Below are positions 38,181 to 48,907 of a DNA stretch of 64,000 bases, piece after piece. Every line of letters begins with the position of its first letter. Position 1 is the stretch's first letter. This DNA comes from an uncultured virus (IMG/VR IMGVR_UViG_3300027151_000003) (lineage: Duplodnaviria; Heunggongvirae; Uroviricota; Caudoviricetes), in IMG/VR virus record IMGVR_UViG_3300027151_000003. One strand, 5' to 3'. The translations under genes and the position numbers were made by a program. The notes below the pieces were generated by a model. That model searched no databases. It was not told where the DNA came from and saw only the letters and a program-made list of their open reading frames with translations.

Positions 38181-38485
38181 TGCCAACAACAGTAACACGA
38201 TTTAAAGCGGGTACAGCTGGTACCTCTGATGCTTCTCCATATGCAGTTCCAGCTTCAAACACTGCTATTATTACTAACATCATTCTTTCAAATAAGACTG
38301 GCGCTACCCGTACGGTAACCATTCTTACTGGAGGAGTTTCATTTTGCACGGGTTTACAGGTACCAGCAAACGGTACTGTAAATTTTGACGTTCGCACAGT
38401 TTTAAACGCCGCAGAAACCATTGCAGTAACAGCTGACGTAGCAGCCAGCGTTGATGTTTTAGTTTCAGGTGTATTGATTTCCTAA
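38180..38485 (+). CDS. Virion structural protein
   Basis: YAVPASNTAIITNIILSN beta-sandwich type. Confidence 0.65.
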   Translation: MPTTVTRFKAGTAGTSDASPYAVPASNTAIITNIILSNKTGATRTVTILTGGVSFCTGLQVPANGTVNFDVRTVLNAAETIAVTADVAASVDVLVSGVLIS

Positions 38486-38508
38486 ACAGATAAAGGACAG
38501 GTATATAA

Positions 38509-41500
38509 ATGGCTATTTCCTCAAGTAAAGAATTTATCGTATTTCCAAACGATAACTCTGGTCGCGTATATGTTAAAGAACAGGCCTTTACAGCCAGTGG
38601 TACCTGGACAGCACCTGCTGGTGTAACAAGCGCCCAGGTTATCCTAGTTGGCGGAGGCGGCGGCGGTGGTGGCGGTTCTCAAAACGTCGCAGGCGGCGGT
38701 GGCGGCGGTGGAAGCGTTGTTGTTCGCAACATTGACGTATCACCACTAACTACATACGCAGTTAGCATTGGTGCAGGTGGACAAGGCGGTCTTGGAGCTC
38801 AAAACGCTGCAGCCGATGTTACTAGCACACTCCCAGGCGGTAACGGTACTCCAACCTCATTTGGAACTATCACTGTTGCTAACCTATTAACAAATACAGA
38901 TTTTGACTACAACGTACTAGGTTGGGACGGCGACGTATACTTCAAGTCCGCAACTGGTGTATCAGGCGCTTCCGCAATTACTGTGTACCCAAATGCTAAC
39001 GGTATAACTGTTGGTCAATATGTAACAGGTGCAAACATTATTGCTAACGCAGTTGTAGTATCTATTACAGGTAACATTGTTACCCTTTCAGGTGCTAACA
39101 GCGGTACTGTTTCAACAATTGTACGCTTTGACACAGGTAACACAATCCTACGTCCAGCCACAGTATTCTTTAACAACATCTCTACAGCTGGCTCAGATGT
39201 TCTATCTAACCCACAGACTAACAACACTGCAGGTTCACCATACTTTACTAACCTATCTAACAACCTTTTGCAGCCAAACGTTGCACAGTTGGAAGACGCA
39301 ACTGTTATCACAAATAACAATATCCGTCAGTTTGGTACTGCTCTAGCTACATTTAACATCACTAACGCAGGTGTTCCAGCAAAGCTTGCTGAAATGACTG
39401 GTGGATACTCAAAGACAGCTACAGCTCCTTTGACATCTCTAGTTCTAACACTTAACAATACTTTAAACGTATTCCCAGGTATGTTTGTAACTGGTGCTGC
39501 ATTTGTAACAGGAACAGTAGTAAACAGCGTTGATAGCCCAACTCAGATTACTATTTCAAACGCTACAACTCAGGCACTTAACGGCACAACAATTGAAATT
39601 TCATACACTGGTGCACGTGGTATTAACGGCCTTATTTGCAGCACTGGTGGTTCTACCTCAGGTGGTTCGCCTACATGGGTGAGCTTCTCAAGCTTGAACT
39701 CAACAACTACCTCTAACGGTTTAACTACCTCAGCAGGTTCACAGGGTATTCCTTATATCCCAGGCCAGACATATACACTTTCTATGTATATTTCTACAAA
39801 CGTAGATATAAGCTCAAGCACACCTATTCGCTTTGGTATCCGTTCAACAGGCGCTTCATTTAACGCTCAGTCAAATGCTCGTTACAGCACCTCTGGAACA
39901 ACATCTGGAGATACAGGCTCAATTGACGCTGGTCAGGCAAACGGATTCTTCTATCGTGAGGTTACTCCATCAACCTTGACTGGTTTTGGTGGCACTTTTG
40001 CAACAACAGCAACTGCTTCTAGCGGTTCTACAACAATGACTGTTGCAGATGCTTCAGGTATTTTGCAAGGTATGGCTGTAACAGGTTCTGGTATTCAGGC
40101 AAGCACAGTTGTGTCTGCTATTGCTGGAACTCTTGTTACTTTGACTCTTGCTACTAACGCACCTATTTCAGGTGGCGCTGTAACATTTGCTAACCCAGCA
40201 ACTGTTCAGATGCTTGGAGCTAACAGCACACCAACTCAAACAGGGTGGCGTCGTCTTTCAGCTACATTCACCACACCTGCAATTGCTTCTACTCTTGCTA
40301 ATAGTCAGTATGCGTGGGGCTCAACACCTCAGTTTATTTACCCATCGATTCTATTCCAGCAGGGTACTACTAACCACTGGATTGACAACATTCAGCTAGA
40401 AGCTGGAAACGCTACTACAACATGGCGCCCACCTACATACCGTGAAGCGGCTTCACTTTTGGTTACTTCAAACCAGGCTACAAACGGTAACCTTGAAACG
40501 GCTCACCGCTTTGTCAAGGCAACACCAAGTGTGCAGTATTCAGGTTCAGCGTTTGTTGTTGACACTGGTACCAATAACTTCTACCGTCCAGTACGTGGAT
40601 ACCTTGAGTTCTTTGACAGAGATTACAACTCAATTATCCGTACAGAGGGTTCAAACGTTTACCTACCAATCAACGGTGTTGCTTCACTAACACAGCAGAT
40701 GCCAGCAGTTACCTACCCAGTACGTGTGGGCGTAACTGTTACAGCTCCTGTTAACGCAGCATTTGTTAAGTTTGGTATCACAAAGATTGCAGCAGCAACT
40801 ACTGCAACTCTTGGACAAATTGAATACCACGTTATTGCTCCGCAACTTGAAGTTGCTGCAGCACCTACAACCTACAAGGAAGTAGATAACGTAACATATT
40901 TCTACGCTGGACAGCCAGGTATTACACCTGTTGTAACAGCAGCAACTCTATCCGCAGAAGGCGGTGGAGGTGGAGGTACCTGGAACTCTAACAACCCAGT
41001 GTGGTTGTATGGTCTAGAAGGTGGCAACAACGGTGGTCACGCAGCTAACAACTCATCAGGTGCTATGACACTTGCTGGCGGCGGCGGCGGTTCCCTAACT
41101 GTTGGTGGTAACGCACTTACCTTTACACCAGCTTTCTCTACATCACCATCATCTGGTTGGAACACTACTGCTGGTTCATCACAGCAAACATGGCCAATGC
41201 GCGGAAACTTAGGTGGCGCAGCTTCATGGAACTCAGGAACTGGTAACACAGTAATTCCTGGTTGGGGCGGCGACGGCGGACAAGGTCAACTTATAAGCAG
41301 CATTAACAGCAGCTCACCAATAGGTATTGCACTTGGTGGCGGAGGCGGTGGCGCTGGTTGGACTACTGGTTCACAGCTTCAGACATCTCCAGGTCGCGGC
41401 AATGGCGGCGGCGGTAAGGGCGGCGGAACATGGCTTGTTAACGCAGCTGGCGCAGCTTCTGCTGACTACTACGCACGTGGTCTTGATGCAGTTGCTAACT

Positions 41501-42171
41501 CTGGCGCAGGCGGTGGCGGTGGTGGTTCTAACTGGGGTAACGCTCCAGAAGTAATGCTTAACCACAACTCTGCAAACGCAGCAGTTAACTACGAAGCAAT
41601 CTCATCTGACTACTTTAAGTGGACACCTATCTATAACGCAACAACCACTATTTCAGCGCAGGCTGGCTTCTATGGTTCAAACGTTCTACGTACAACCATC
41701 CAAGATGTTGGTAACGCAAAGGTGACAACTACATGGCAGACATTCCCAATCTTGCCACGTATCCCACTATTCTTCTCAGGTGTGGCTGCACGTCTAACAA
41801 CTGCTCCAGCTGGTGTAACTAGCCCGCAATTCACAGGTACTCCAAAGCGTGTACGTCCAACAGTTCGCTGGAAGAACGACCGCAACCAGGTAATTCGTGA
41901 AGACCGTCCAGAATACAATATTCAGTTCTCTGGCGTTAACACAATCACTTACCTAGGAGCAACAGGCGCTACATCAGGTAACTGGCAGACACTTATGGCC
42001 CCTGCAGATGCATCATACTTTGATGTATGCTGGGAGCTCTTGTACTTCGATGCAGGCGATGTTATCGACCTCGACTTCGGCGGTTGCCAGTACCATGGCT
42101 ACCAGTCATTTGGTGGTAACGGTGCAGACGGCTACGCACTAGTACGCTGGTTTGACAAGGCAGTTCTCTAA
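38509..42171 (+). CDS. Glycine-rich tail fibre with carbohydrate-binding-like modules
   Basis: FTASGTWTAPAGV, GGGGG tracts, IDNIQLEAG motifs. Confidence 0.8.
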   Translation: MAISSSKEFIVFPNDNSGRVYVKEQAFTASGTWTAPAGVTSAQVILVGGGGGGGGGSQNVAGGGGGGGSVVVRNIDVSPLTTYAVSIGAGGQGGLGAQNAAADVTSTLPGGNGTPTSFGTITVANLLTNTDFDYNVLGWDGDVYFKSATGVSGASAITVYPNANGITVGQYVTGANIIANAVVVSITGNIVTLSGANSGTVSTIVRFDTGNTILRPATVFFNNISTAGSDVLSNPQTNNTAGSPYFTNLSNNLLQPNVAQLEDATVITNNNIRQFGTALATFNITNAGVPAKLAEMTGGYSKTATAPLTSLVLTLNNTLNVFPGMFVTGAAFVTGTVVNSVDSPTQITISNATTQALNGTTIEISYTGARGINGLICSTGGSTSGGSPTWVSFSSLNSTTTSNGLTTSAGSQGIPYIPGQTYTLSMYISTNVDISSSTPIRFGIRSTGASFNAQSNARYSTSGTTSGDTGSIDAGQANGFFYREVTPSTLTGFGGTFATTATASSGSTTMTVADASGILQGMAVTGSGIQASTVVSAIAGTLVTLTLATNAPISGGAVTFANPATVQMLGANSTPTQTGWRRLSATFTTPAIASTLANSQYAWGSTPQFIYPSILFQQGTTNHWIDNIQLEAGNATTTWRPPTYREAASLLVTSNQATNGNLETAHRFVKATPSVQYSGSAFVVDTGTNNFYRPVRGYLEFFDRDYNSIIRTEGSNVYLPINGVASLTQQMPAVTYPVRVGVTVTAPVNAAFVKFGITKIAAATTATLGQIEYHVIAPQLEVAAAPTTYKEVDNVTYFYAGQPGITPVVTAATLSAEGGGGGGTWNSNNPVWLYGLEGGNNGGHAANNSSGAMTLAGGGGGSLTVGGNALTFTPAFSTSPSSGWNTTAGSSQQTWPMRGNLGGAASWNSGTGNTVIPGWGGDGGQGQLISSINSSSPIGIALGGGGGGAGWTTGSQLQTSPGRGNGGGGKGGGTWLVNAAGAASADYYARGLDAVANSGAGGGGGGSNWGNAPEVMLNHNSANAAVNYEAISSDYFKWTPIYNATTTISAQAGFYGSNVLRTTIQDVGNAKVTTTWQTFPILPRIPLFFSGVAARLTTAPAGVTSPQFTGTPKRVRPTVRWKNDRNQVIREDRPEYNIQFSGVNTITYLGATGATSGNWQTLMAPADASYFDVCWELLYFDAGDVIDLDFGGCQYHGYQSFGGNGADGYALVRWFDKAVL

Positions 42172-42181
42172 GGAGTAACTA

Positions 42182-42481
42182 ATGGCAAAATACGCATTAA
42201 TTGATGGCAACGAGGTTAACCAAGTAATCGTTGCTGCAAATGAAGAAGGCTTGGGAGTTTTAGGTGATTTGTTTCCAGCAATTGAAATATCTCACCTAAC
42301 TCCACAACCTTCTAAAGGTTGGACCTATGAGGGTGGAATCTTCTACCCACCTCGTCTACAGGCGTCTGCAAAGGCTCTGTGGGATGGAACAAACTTTACT
42401 AATTCAGAAATTATCGATGCTGAGGTTGTAGAAGAAACCTTAGCTATCGAAGAGAAACCCTCTACAAGAAAGAAGAAGTAA
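42182..42481 (+). CDS. Tail-fibre-associated small protein
   Basis: YALIDGNEVNQVIVA...GWTYEGGIF. Confidence 0.65.
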   Translation: MAKYALIDGNEVNQVIVAANEEGLGVLGDLFPAIEISHLTPQPSKGWTYEGGIFYPPRLQASAKALWDGTNFTNSEIIDAEVVEETLAIEEKPSTRKKK

Positions 42482-42865
42482 ATGGCTATTAGCTCACAAC
42501 CTACAGTACTTACTCAGTCTAATGATGCTTACATCAACGTTGGAGTAACTGGCCGTTTGCAGACATTCTCTGCTTCTACAGGAACAGTTCCAATCAACCC
42601 TACTAACGGCTCATTCATCCGTATTGCTAACCCAGTCGGAGCGGTGACAGTTAACTTTACTGGTATCCCAGCTGGTTATGGAACATCATGGCAGGTAGAA
42701 GTTGCATCACGTGGTTCTAACGCAGTCGCATTTAACAACATTGTTTGGGATGGTGGCTCAGCGCCAACTATCGCATCTGGAACAAATAAGACCGTTCTTG
42801 AGTTTTACTCATGGGACGGTGGAACAAACGTCTACGGTGCTGTTAAGTTCGCAACCCTAGCTTAA
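42482..42865 (+). CDS. Virion structural protein
   Basis: IVWDGGSAPT...LEFYSWDGGTN. Confidence 0.65.
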   Translation: MAISSQPTVLTQSNDAYINVGVTGRLQTFSASTGTVPINPTNGSFIRIANPVGAVTVNFTGIPAGYGTSWQVEVASRGSNAVAFNNIVWDGGSAPTIASGTNKTVLEFYSWDGGTNVYGAVKFATLA

Positions 42866-42882
42866 TAAAGTATAGATTAGCT

Positions 42883-42920
42883 CCCCGCCGTCCTTAGGGA
42901 CTGGCGGGGCTTTTCTTTTT
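42883..42920 (+). terminator. Intrinsic terminator
   Basis: CCCCGCC-GTCC..GGAC-TGGCGGGG followed by TTTTCTTTT. Confidence 0.8.
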
Positions 42921-42937
42921 GGGAGTACAATAAGTAC

Positions 42938-43996
42938 ATGAAAATCGCCGTCTACACCATTGCTTTAAATGAAGAACAGTTTGTACAACGCTGGTACGAC
43001 TCCTGCAAAGAGGCCGACTACTTACTAATAGCTGATACTGGCTCAGTAGACAAGACTGTAGCAAAAGCTAAGAAGTTGGGTATCAACGTTCACGTTATCA
43101 GCATACGCCCCTGGCGTTTCGATGACGCACGTAATGCAGCGCTAGCCTTATTGCCTGATGATATTGATTACTGCATCTCTCTAGATATGGATGAGATGCT
43201 AGCTCCTGGATGGCGTGAGGAGATGGAGAAGGCACCAGCGTGGGCAACTCGTATTAGATACGACTACACATGGAATTTTAATCCAAACGGCACACCTGGT
43301 CTTACATTTGGTGGGGATAAGATTCACGCACGTCACGGATACCGTTGGGTTCACCCAGTACATGAGTGCTTGTATGCGGACCGCCTTGAAGAAAAAGAAT
43401 ACTGGAGCAAGCTTGGTCTATGGCATAAAGCTGACGACACTAAGTCTCGCGGTCAATATCTCCCACTCCTTAAACTATCTGTAGAAGAGGACCCGTACAA
43501 CGACCGCAACGCTTACTACTACGCCCGCGAACTTTTCTTTCACGGTCAGCTAGAAGAAGCTAAAGTTCAGTTTGAACGTCACCTATCTTTACCTAAAGCT
43601 ACGTGGAGGGCCGAACGCGCATCTTCTATGCGATACATTGCTAAGTGCTCTACTGATGAAGAAGAGAAACTTAAGTGGTGGAAGAAGGCTATGCAAGAGG
43701 AGCCTAATAAAAGAGAAGCATACGTGGAGCTAGCTCAATACCATTATGACAACGGTAGGTGGGGTGAGTGCCTAACACTTTGCAAAAAAGCTTTAAATGT
43801 AAAAGACAGACAAATGGATTATCTTAATGAAGCCTTTGCTTGGGGCTCAATACCCTACGACTTAGCGGCTGTATGTGCCTACTGGTTAGGTGAACGTACT
43901 CAAGCTTTGGAATACGGGGAGAAGGCAGTAGAGCTTAACCCTACAGATAAACGTTTAAATAGTAACCTAGAGTTCTACAGAGAGGGCGTTAAGTGA
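42938..43996 (+). CDS. Family 2 glycosyltransferase with TPR repeats
   Basis: IALNEE, DTGSVD, FDDARNAAL, LDMDE (DxD), VHE; C-terminal TPRs. Confidence 0.9.
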   Translation: MKIAVYTIALNEEQFVQRWYDSCKEADYLLIADTGSVDKTVAKAKKLGINVHVISIRPWRFDDARNAALALLPDDIDYCISLDMDEMLAPGWREEMEKAPAWATRIRYDYTWNFNPNGTPGLTFGGDKIHARHGYRWVHPVHECLYADRLEEKEYWSKLGLWHKADDTKSRGQYLPLLKLSVEEDPYNDRNAYYYARELFFHGQLEEAKVQFERHLSLPKATWRAERASSMRYIAKCSTDEEEKLKWWKKAMQEEPNKREAYVELAQYHYDNGRWGECLTLCKKALNVKDRQMDYLNEAFAWGSIPYDLAAVCAYWLGERTQALEYGEKAVELNPTDKRLNSNLEFYREGVK

Positions 43997-44580
43997 GAGC
44001 TCATACACCTGGTGGTCGGTTTGATGCCGATTATGAAACCACCGACCTTCTTAAAGGTATCGACTCTGATTTAAAACACCCAGTAGGAACAAAAGCCCTC
44101 TGGTATATATTTGATTCCGTTAACTCTGATGTTGACCCACTATACGACGTAGGGCAAGACATCTCTTCTTCTATGGGTGGCAAGGTTTGGACTGGTCCAT
44201 ACTCAGTGCCTGTAGTTAGAGCGGTTATCAAGCAGGGTGAGGCAAAGACTTCAGCGGTTGGTTACTACAACGCAGATACTCTCCATATGACTTTCAATAT
44301 TGAAGACGTGCAGAAGTTTGCTCCTAACATCATTCTTCGCCCAGATATCAACAACCGTGACCGTGTGGTCTGGCGAGGTCAGGTCTATCGCCCATATGCC
44401 ATCCAAGAGCGAGGCATTGTGGCAGACAGGTTTACTATCCTGAGCGTAGAATGTATTCAAGTAATGCCAGAAGAAATGGTAAACGACCCACAGTTTGCTG
44501 CATACTCCTCAGATGGAGATAGAGTGTTAAATGTCTTATATGGATATGGAAATTACGGAGACGGAAACTATGGAGTTTAA
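43993..44580 (+). CDS. Head closure or neck-like protein
   Basis: Position, [10 protein letters not shown] motif. Confidence 0.55.
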   Translation: MRAHTPGGRFDADYETTDLLKGIDSDLKHPVGTKALWYIFDSVNSDVDPLYDVGQDISSSMGGKVWTGPYSVPVVRAVIKQGEAKTSAVGYYNADTLHMTFNIEDVQKFAPNIILRPDINNRDRVVWRGQVYRPYAIQERGIVADRFTILSVECIQVMPEEMVNDPQFAAYSSDGDRVLNVLYGYGNYGDGNYGV

Positions 44581-44582
44581 TT

Positions 44583-45608
44583 ATGCCAATTACTAAACCA
44601 ACAATTGGAGCTACTGGTTGGGGTACAACTCTCAACACCGCTCTTGACGTTCTAGAAGCTCAAGTTTCTGGAAAGCAAGCTACATTTACTGGCTATGACC
44701 AAGAAATCCACGTTAGCCAAGTAGATGGAAACGACACTACTGGTAATGGTGACATTTTAAACCCAGTTGCATCTATTACTAAAGCGCTTACTCTAGTAGC
44801 AGGTGATAGACGAACAGTCATTATTCACCCAGGAACCTATACTGAAAACCCCTCAATTACATATCAATACACAGTATTAACTGCCCCTGGTCTTGTTGGC
44901 GGAAACACTTTAATTTCTGGAACTGTAAGCACAAATACTGGTTGTACTATTGCAGGGTTAAAGATGACAAACCTAACCATCACTACCCCTACTGGTGCAG
45001 GAGTTCCATACATACTTAACTGCGATATCTCTGGAACTCTGACAAAAAGCAGTACTGCTACATACACGCTTATTCGTTTAACGGACTTTGGTACTGGAAG
45101 CATTACTGGAAGCGGAATAGTTGACATTTATGGTGGTAATACAAATCTTATAACTGTTAATAACGCAAGCGCAAATGTACTTGTTAAAAACGGAAGCACT
45201 GTATCTCCAGTTTTAACTGCTGGAAGTTTAAGCCTAGTACAGACGGTAGTAGTTGCCGCAGCAACTAACGCTGTTACCTCTGCTGCTGGAACCGTCCTTA
45301 CTTTAGCAAACTCTCAATTATTAACCTCAGCACTATCTAACGTTGCCCCAGTTGTACTAAACGGATTCTACTCAATCCTTAATACCGTCTTTGATAAACC
45401 AACCTCAACCCTAGTTGCTCTTTCAGGAACAGGTGGTTCTTTAGGGTCTATTGACTACTTCCAGTATGTAAACGCAGATAGACTTCTTATGCAAAATGGA
45501 ACAGCCCCTACAGCCAACCTAACAGGCGGAGGCATCCTTTATGTAGAATCTGGAGCCCTAAAATACAGAGGCTCTTCAGGCACAATTACAACGATTGGAC
45601 CAGCATAA
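44583..45608 (+). CDS. Fibre or beta-helix structural protein
   Basis: [14 protein letters not shown]-terminus; [24 protein letters not shown]. Confidence 0.65.
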   Translation: MPITKPTIGATGWGTTLNTALDVLEAQVSGKQATFTGYDQEIHVSQVDGNDTTGNGDILNPVASITKALTLVAGDRRTVIIHPGTYTENPSITYQYTVLTAPGLVGGNTLISGTVSTNTGCTIAGLKMTNLTITTPTGAGVPYILNCDISGTLTKSSTATYTLIRLTDFGTGSITGSGIVDIYGGNTNLITVNNASANVLVKNGSTVSPVLTAGSLSLVQTVVVAAATNAVTSAAGTVLTLANSQLLTSALSNVAPVVLNGFYSILNTVFDKPTSTLVALSGTGGSLGSIDYFQYVNADRLLMQNGTAPTANLTGGGILYVESGALKYRGSSGTITTIGPA

Positions 45609-45751
45609 TGGCTAAAGATACAAACCCATGTTGGGATGGCTACGTTCAAGTAGGCATGAAAATGAAGGGTGGCAAAAAGGTTCCGAACTGCGTCCCTGCA
45701 GGCTCTGGAAAAAAGAAAGTCGCTAAACCTAAGAAGAAAGTGAGCAAGTAA
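45608..45751 (+). CDS. 47-aa basic protein (not in ORF track)
   Basis: PCWDGYVQVGMKMKGGKKVPNCVP; TAATG-coupled. Confidence 0.7.
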   Translation: MAKDTNPCWDGYVQVGMKMKGGKKVPNCVPAGSGKKKVAKPKKKVSK

Positions 45752-45970
45752 ATGTGTGCAGCATGTGGATGTGGTAAGAAGAAGGGCGAGCCAGGTTTTG
45801 GCAAAGGCCCAAAGTCCAAGTCAAAGGCTAAAGGCAAGGCTTGCACTTGCGGTACCTGTAAGGCATGTAAGGGAAAGAAGATGTCTCCTAAGCAGAAGAA
45901 GCTTGATGTAGACAAAGACGGCAAGCTAGAAGGCTCTGACTTTGCTGCCCTAAGAAAGAAGAAGAAGTAA
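45752..45970 (+). CDS. Cys/Lys-rich small protein with EF-hand-like C-terminus
   Basis: MCAACGC, CTCGTCKAC, DVDKDGKLEGSDF. Confidence 0.7.
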   Translation: MCAACGCGKKKGEPGFGKGPKSKSKAKGKACTCGTCKACKGKKMSPKQKKLDVDKDGKLEGSDFAALRKKKK

Positions 45971-46110
45971 TGTGCGCTACCTGTGGCTGCATGAAGCCAA
46001 AAGATAAGCACGGCATGAAGTCCCTTAAGGAAGCTAACAAGAAGTTTGCTAAGAAAGCTGGCCCATCCAAGGCTAAGAAGTCTTCGATGGTTAAGAAAAA
46101 AGGCATGTAA
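45970..46110 (+). CDS. 46-aa Cys/Lys-rich paralog (not in ORF track)
   Basis: MCATCGCMKPK...; TAATG-coupled. Confidence 0.65.
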   Translation: MCATCGCMKPKDKHGMKSLKEANKKFAKKAGPSKAKKSSMVKKKGM

Positions 46111-46127
46111 TAAAGAAGTAAGTAGTT

Positions 46128-46152
46128 GAGGGACCGAAAGGTCCCTCTTTGC
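46128..46152 (+). terminator. Intrinsic terminator
   Basis: GAGGGACC-GAAA-GGTCCCTC-TTT. Confidence 0.8.
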
Positions 46153-46234
46153 TTTATCCTAGTACTGAGCCCATGCGGGGCTCAAAGCACCACCCCCTGC
46201 GATGTACTTTGCTTACTACTCCTATGGAGATGAC

Positions 46235-46402
46235 ATGCCTAAAGATAATCACGTTGACAAGGCTTCGGACGTTGAGTTCATTGAAGCTTTGGCCGAGAGT
46301 AATAAAGGCACGGGCGCAGGAGTGTGGAAAGCATTGCTACTAGGAGCGGCAGCTCGTGGGGTAATTACTGGTGTCAATAAAAAATCTAAAAAGAAATCTT
46401 GA
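46235..46402 (+). CDS. Small hypothetical protein
   Basis: GGAG RBS. Confidence 0.55.
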   Translation: MPKDNHVDKASDVEFIEALAESNKGTGAGVWKALLLGAAARGVITGVNKKSKKKS

Positions 46403-46694
46403 TTCTAATTTAGAGTCCGCTGCACCTTCCCTTACGGCTAGCCTAAGGAAAGAAGCAGCTAATCGCGGCTGGCCAGATGACGTTTCTCAGGCCCTTTCCG
46501 TTGTGGTAAAGCAAGGTGTGTTTGCTGTTGATTACCCAGAAGAGTTTAAAGAAAAAATTGAAAACCTAGAGTACGGCTCTGGCATGCAGGCCCCCGCGGC
46601 GGCTATACGTTCTTTTCAGTATCAAATGGAAAACTTTGCAGCACCTATTTACGAGAACCACCCTGAAGAGATGTTAAAAGAGGTGAAGCTATAA
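46371..46694 (+). CDS. Neck or tail-completion-like protein
   Basis: NLEYG motif, position. Confidence 0.55.
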   Translation: MSIKNLKRNLDSNLESAAPSLTASLRKEAANRGWPDDVSQALSVVVKQGVFAVDYPEEFKEKIENLEYGSGMQAPAAAIRSFQYQMENFAAPIYENHPEEMLKEVKL

Positions 46695-46695
46695 A

Positions 46696-47337
46696 ATGGG
46701 AAATCCGTTTCTAATTGCTGAGGACACCGCTCTTAAGACTCTTCTTCAAGGTATGACTGTGGGAGATGAGAAGACAGCCTACCGCCCAGTTAAGGTGTGG
46801 TTTGGATACCCTGATGTTGAAGTTAGAGCACAGGAGTTTCCGTTTGTGACTATTGATTTGATAGACATGATTCCAGCTAATGACCGTCAGACATCAGGTC
46901 AACTGGTAGACAATGACTATCGCGGAACAGTCGCCCCAATAGCTGGCAAGACTTACCGCTATGAAGTACCAGTAGCTTTTGATTTGATATATCAAATAAC
47001 AACCTATGCCCGTCACCCGCGTCACGACAGGGCAATGATGCTTCAATTGACGCACAAGTTTCCATCAAAGTATGGCGGTCTACTAGTTCCAAACGAACTA
47101 GGCACAGAGACCTCACGCCGTCATATGTTTCTTGATGGGTTTGCAAAACGAGATGCGGTAGACGGAGAAACTGGAAACCGCAGGTTGTTACGCAATATCT
47201 ACACAGTAAGAGTAATCAGTGAACTTACTCCACTTGATGCAGGCCGTAGGGCTTCACGAGTTGAAGAAGTACTTGTTAACCTTCCTGAGTTAACGGACCA
47301 AACATCGAACATCCCTACTGGATTAACAAAAGTATAA
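46696..47337 (+). CDS. Tail terminator-like protein
   Basis: FPFVTIDLID, DLIYQITTYARHPRHDR; directly before sheath. Confidence 0.65.
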   Translation: MGNPFLIAEDTALKTLLQGMTVGDEKTAYRPVKVWFGYPDVEVRAQEFPFVTIDLIDMIPANDRQTSGQLVDNDYRGTVAPIAGKTYRYEVPVAFDLIYQITTYARHPRHDRAMMLQLTHKFPSKYGGLLVPNELGTETSRRHMFLDGFAKRDAVDGETGNRRLLRNIYTVRVISELTPLDAGRRASRVEEVLVNLPELTDQTSNIPTGLTKV

Positions 47338-47375
47338 AAAATGTCAAACTTGTTTAAAACAAAGGAGAAAATCTA

Positions 47376-48893
47376 ATGGCAGTTCTACGTCCAGGAGTTT
47401 ACGTTGAAGAAACGTTAAACCCTGTCGCACCTGTAGTTGGTCCAAACTCAGCATCTGTCGGCGCATTCATTGGCGCAAACGACCGTGGTCCAATTGGAAC
47501 ACCTACACTAATTACATCTTGGAGCCAGTATTCAACACTGTACGGTACTTGGAACACAAGTACTGGAGCAGGAGCAGCTGGTAATGATTTACCACTTGCT
47601 GTATACATGTTCTTTACAAATGGTGGAAGCCAGTGCTACGTTAACCGCGTTGCTAACGGCGCAACATCAGCAACTCGTTCACTATCAGACCGAGCAGTAA
47701 GCCCATCAGCAACACTTCAGATTCAAGCTAATAACGCTGGAGCATGGGGTAACAGCATTAACATCAGCATCGCTAACTCAGCAACAACAGGTCTATTTGA
47801 TTTGTTCGTATACTACGGTGGCAATACAGATGCAAACCTAGTTGAGCGTCACGTTGACCTTTCAATGACAGCAACAAATGCTCGTTATGCAACAGCTATT
47901 GTTAACGCAGCTTCTGGCTACGTACGTTTAACTGACCTTAACTCAGCAAACACAGGTACTACTCGTAATCCAGCTGTTGTAACAAACCAAACTCTATCTA
48001 CTGGCATCAATGGAAACACTCTAGGTAATACCGATTATGCAACTGGTCTTACAAACTTTGACACAATAAAGCAGTCTTTAATTATGAACGTTCCTGGAAA
48101 CTCGACTGTTCCTGTAGTTAATGCGGCTATTGGTTATGCAAACTCTCGTCAAGATGTGTTTGTAGTTATTGATGGTATCTATGATGAGTCTTCTACACAA
48201 CTAGCTTTAGCTGCACAGTACACAGCAAGCTCACTTGCCGCTGTTTATTATCCAAACCTTGTTATCTCTGACCCAACACTTGCTCCTGGTTCTGGCACAG
48301 GCCGTACACGTGCAGTTGGTTCTGGCGCAGCAGTTATGGGAGTTATTGCAACAACTGATGCATCACGTGGAGTATTCAAGGCCCCAGCTGGTCTTCTTGC
48401 TCGCCTATCAGGAGTTGTATCAATTGCAACTCTTACAAATGGTGAACTTGATACTCTTAACTCTGCAGCTGCTCCAGTAAACGCAATTAAGTTTGTACCT
48501 GGTTCAGGCATTGTAATCATGGGTTCACGCACACTCAAGGGTGGATATGTAGACAAGTACGTTCCTGTACGTCGTACACTTATCTATCTACGTAAGTCTC
48601 TTACAGACCTTACAGAGTTTGCAATCTTTGAGCCAAACGATGAAGCCTTGTGGAACCGTATCAACTCTTCAATCAGTACTTTCCTTACTGACTTCTGGAG
48701 CAAGGGCGGACTACGAGGCGCTACCCCACAGGCAGCGTTCTTTGTAAAGGTTGATGCACAAAACAACCCACAAAGCTCAATTGACAACGGGTACGTAAAC
48801 ATTGAAGTTGGCGTTGCTCTACAGCGTCCAGCTGAATTTATCATTATTAAAATTGGACAGTTTGACGGTGGAGCCACCGTTACTGTGGCGTAA
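47376..48893 (+). CDS. Tail sheath protein
   Basis: RPGVYVEE, RGVFKAPAG, YVPVRR, FEPNDEALW, PAEFIII. Confidence 0.95.
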   Translation: MAVLRPGVYVEETLNPVAPVVGPNSASVGAFIGANDRGPIGTPTLITSWSQYSTLYGTWNTSTGAGAAGNDLPLAVYMFFTNGGSQCYVNRVANGATSATRSLSDRAVSPSATLQIQANNAGAWGNSINISIANSATTGLFDLFVYYGGNTDANLVERHVDLSMTATNARYATAIVNAASGYVRLTDLNSANTGTTRNPAVVTNQTLSTGINGNTLGNTDYATGLTNFDTIKQSLIMNVPGNSTVPVVNAAIGYANSRQDVFVVIDGIYDESSTQLALAAQYTASSLAAVYYPNLVISDPTLAPGSGTGRTRAVGSGAAVMGVIATTDASRGVFKAPAGLLARLSGVVSIATLTNGELDTLNSAAAPVNAIKFVPGSGIVIMGSRTLKGGYVDKYVPVRRTLIYLRKSLTDLTEFAIFEPNDEALWNRINSSISTFLTDFWSKGGLRGATPQAAFFVKVDAQNNPQSSIDNGYVNIEVGVALQRPAEFIIIKIGQFDGGATVTVA

Positions 48894-48907
48894 AGGAGAC
48901 CCAATAA

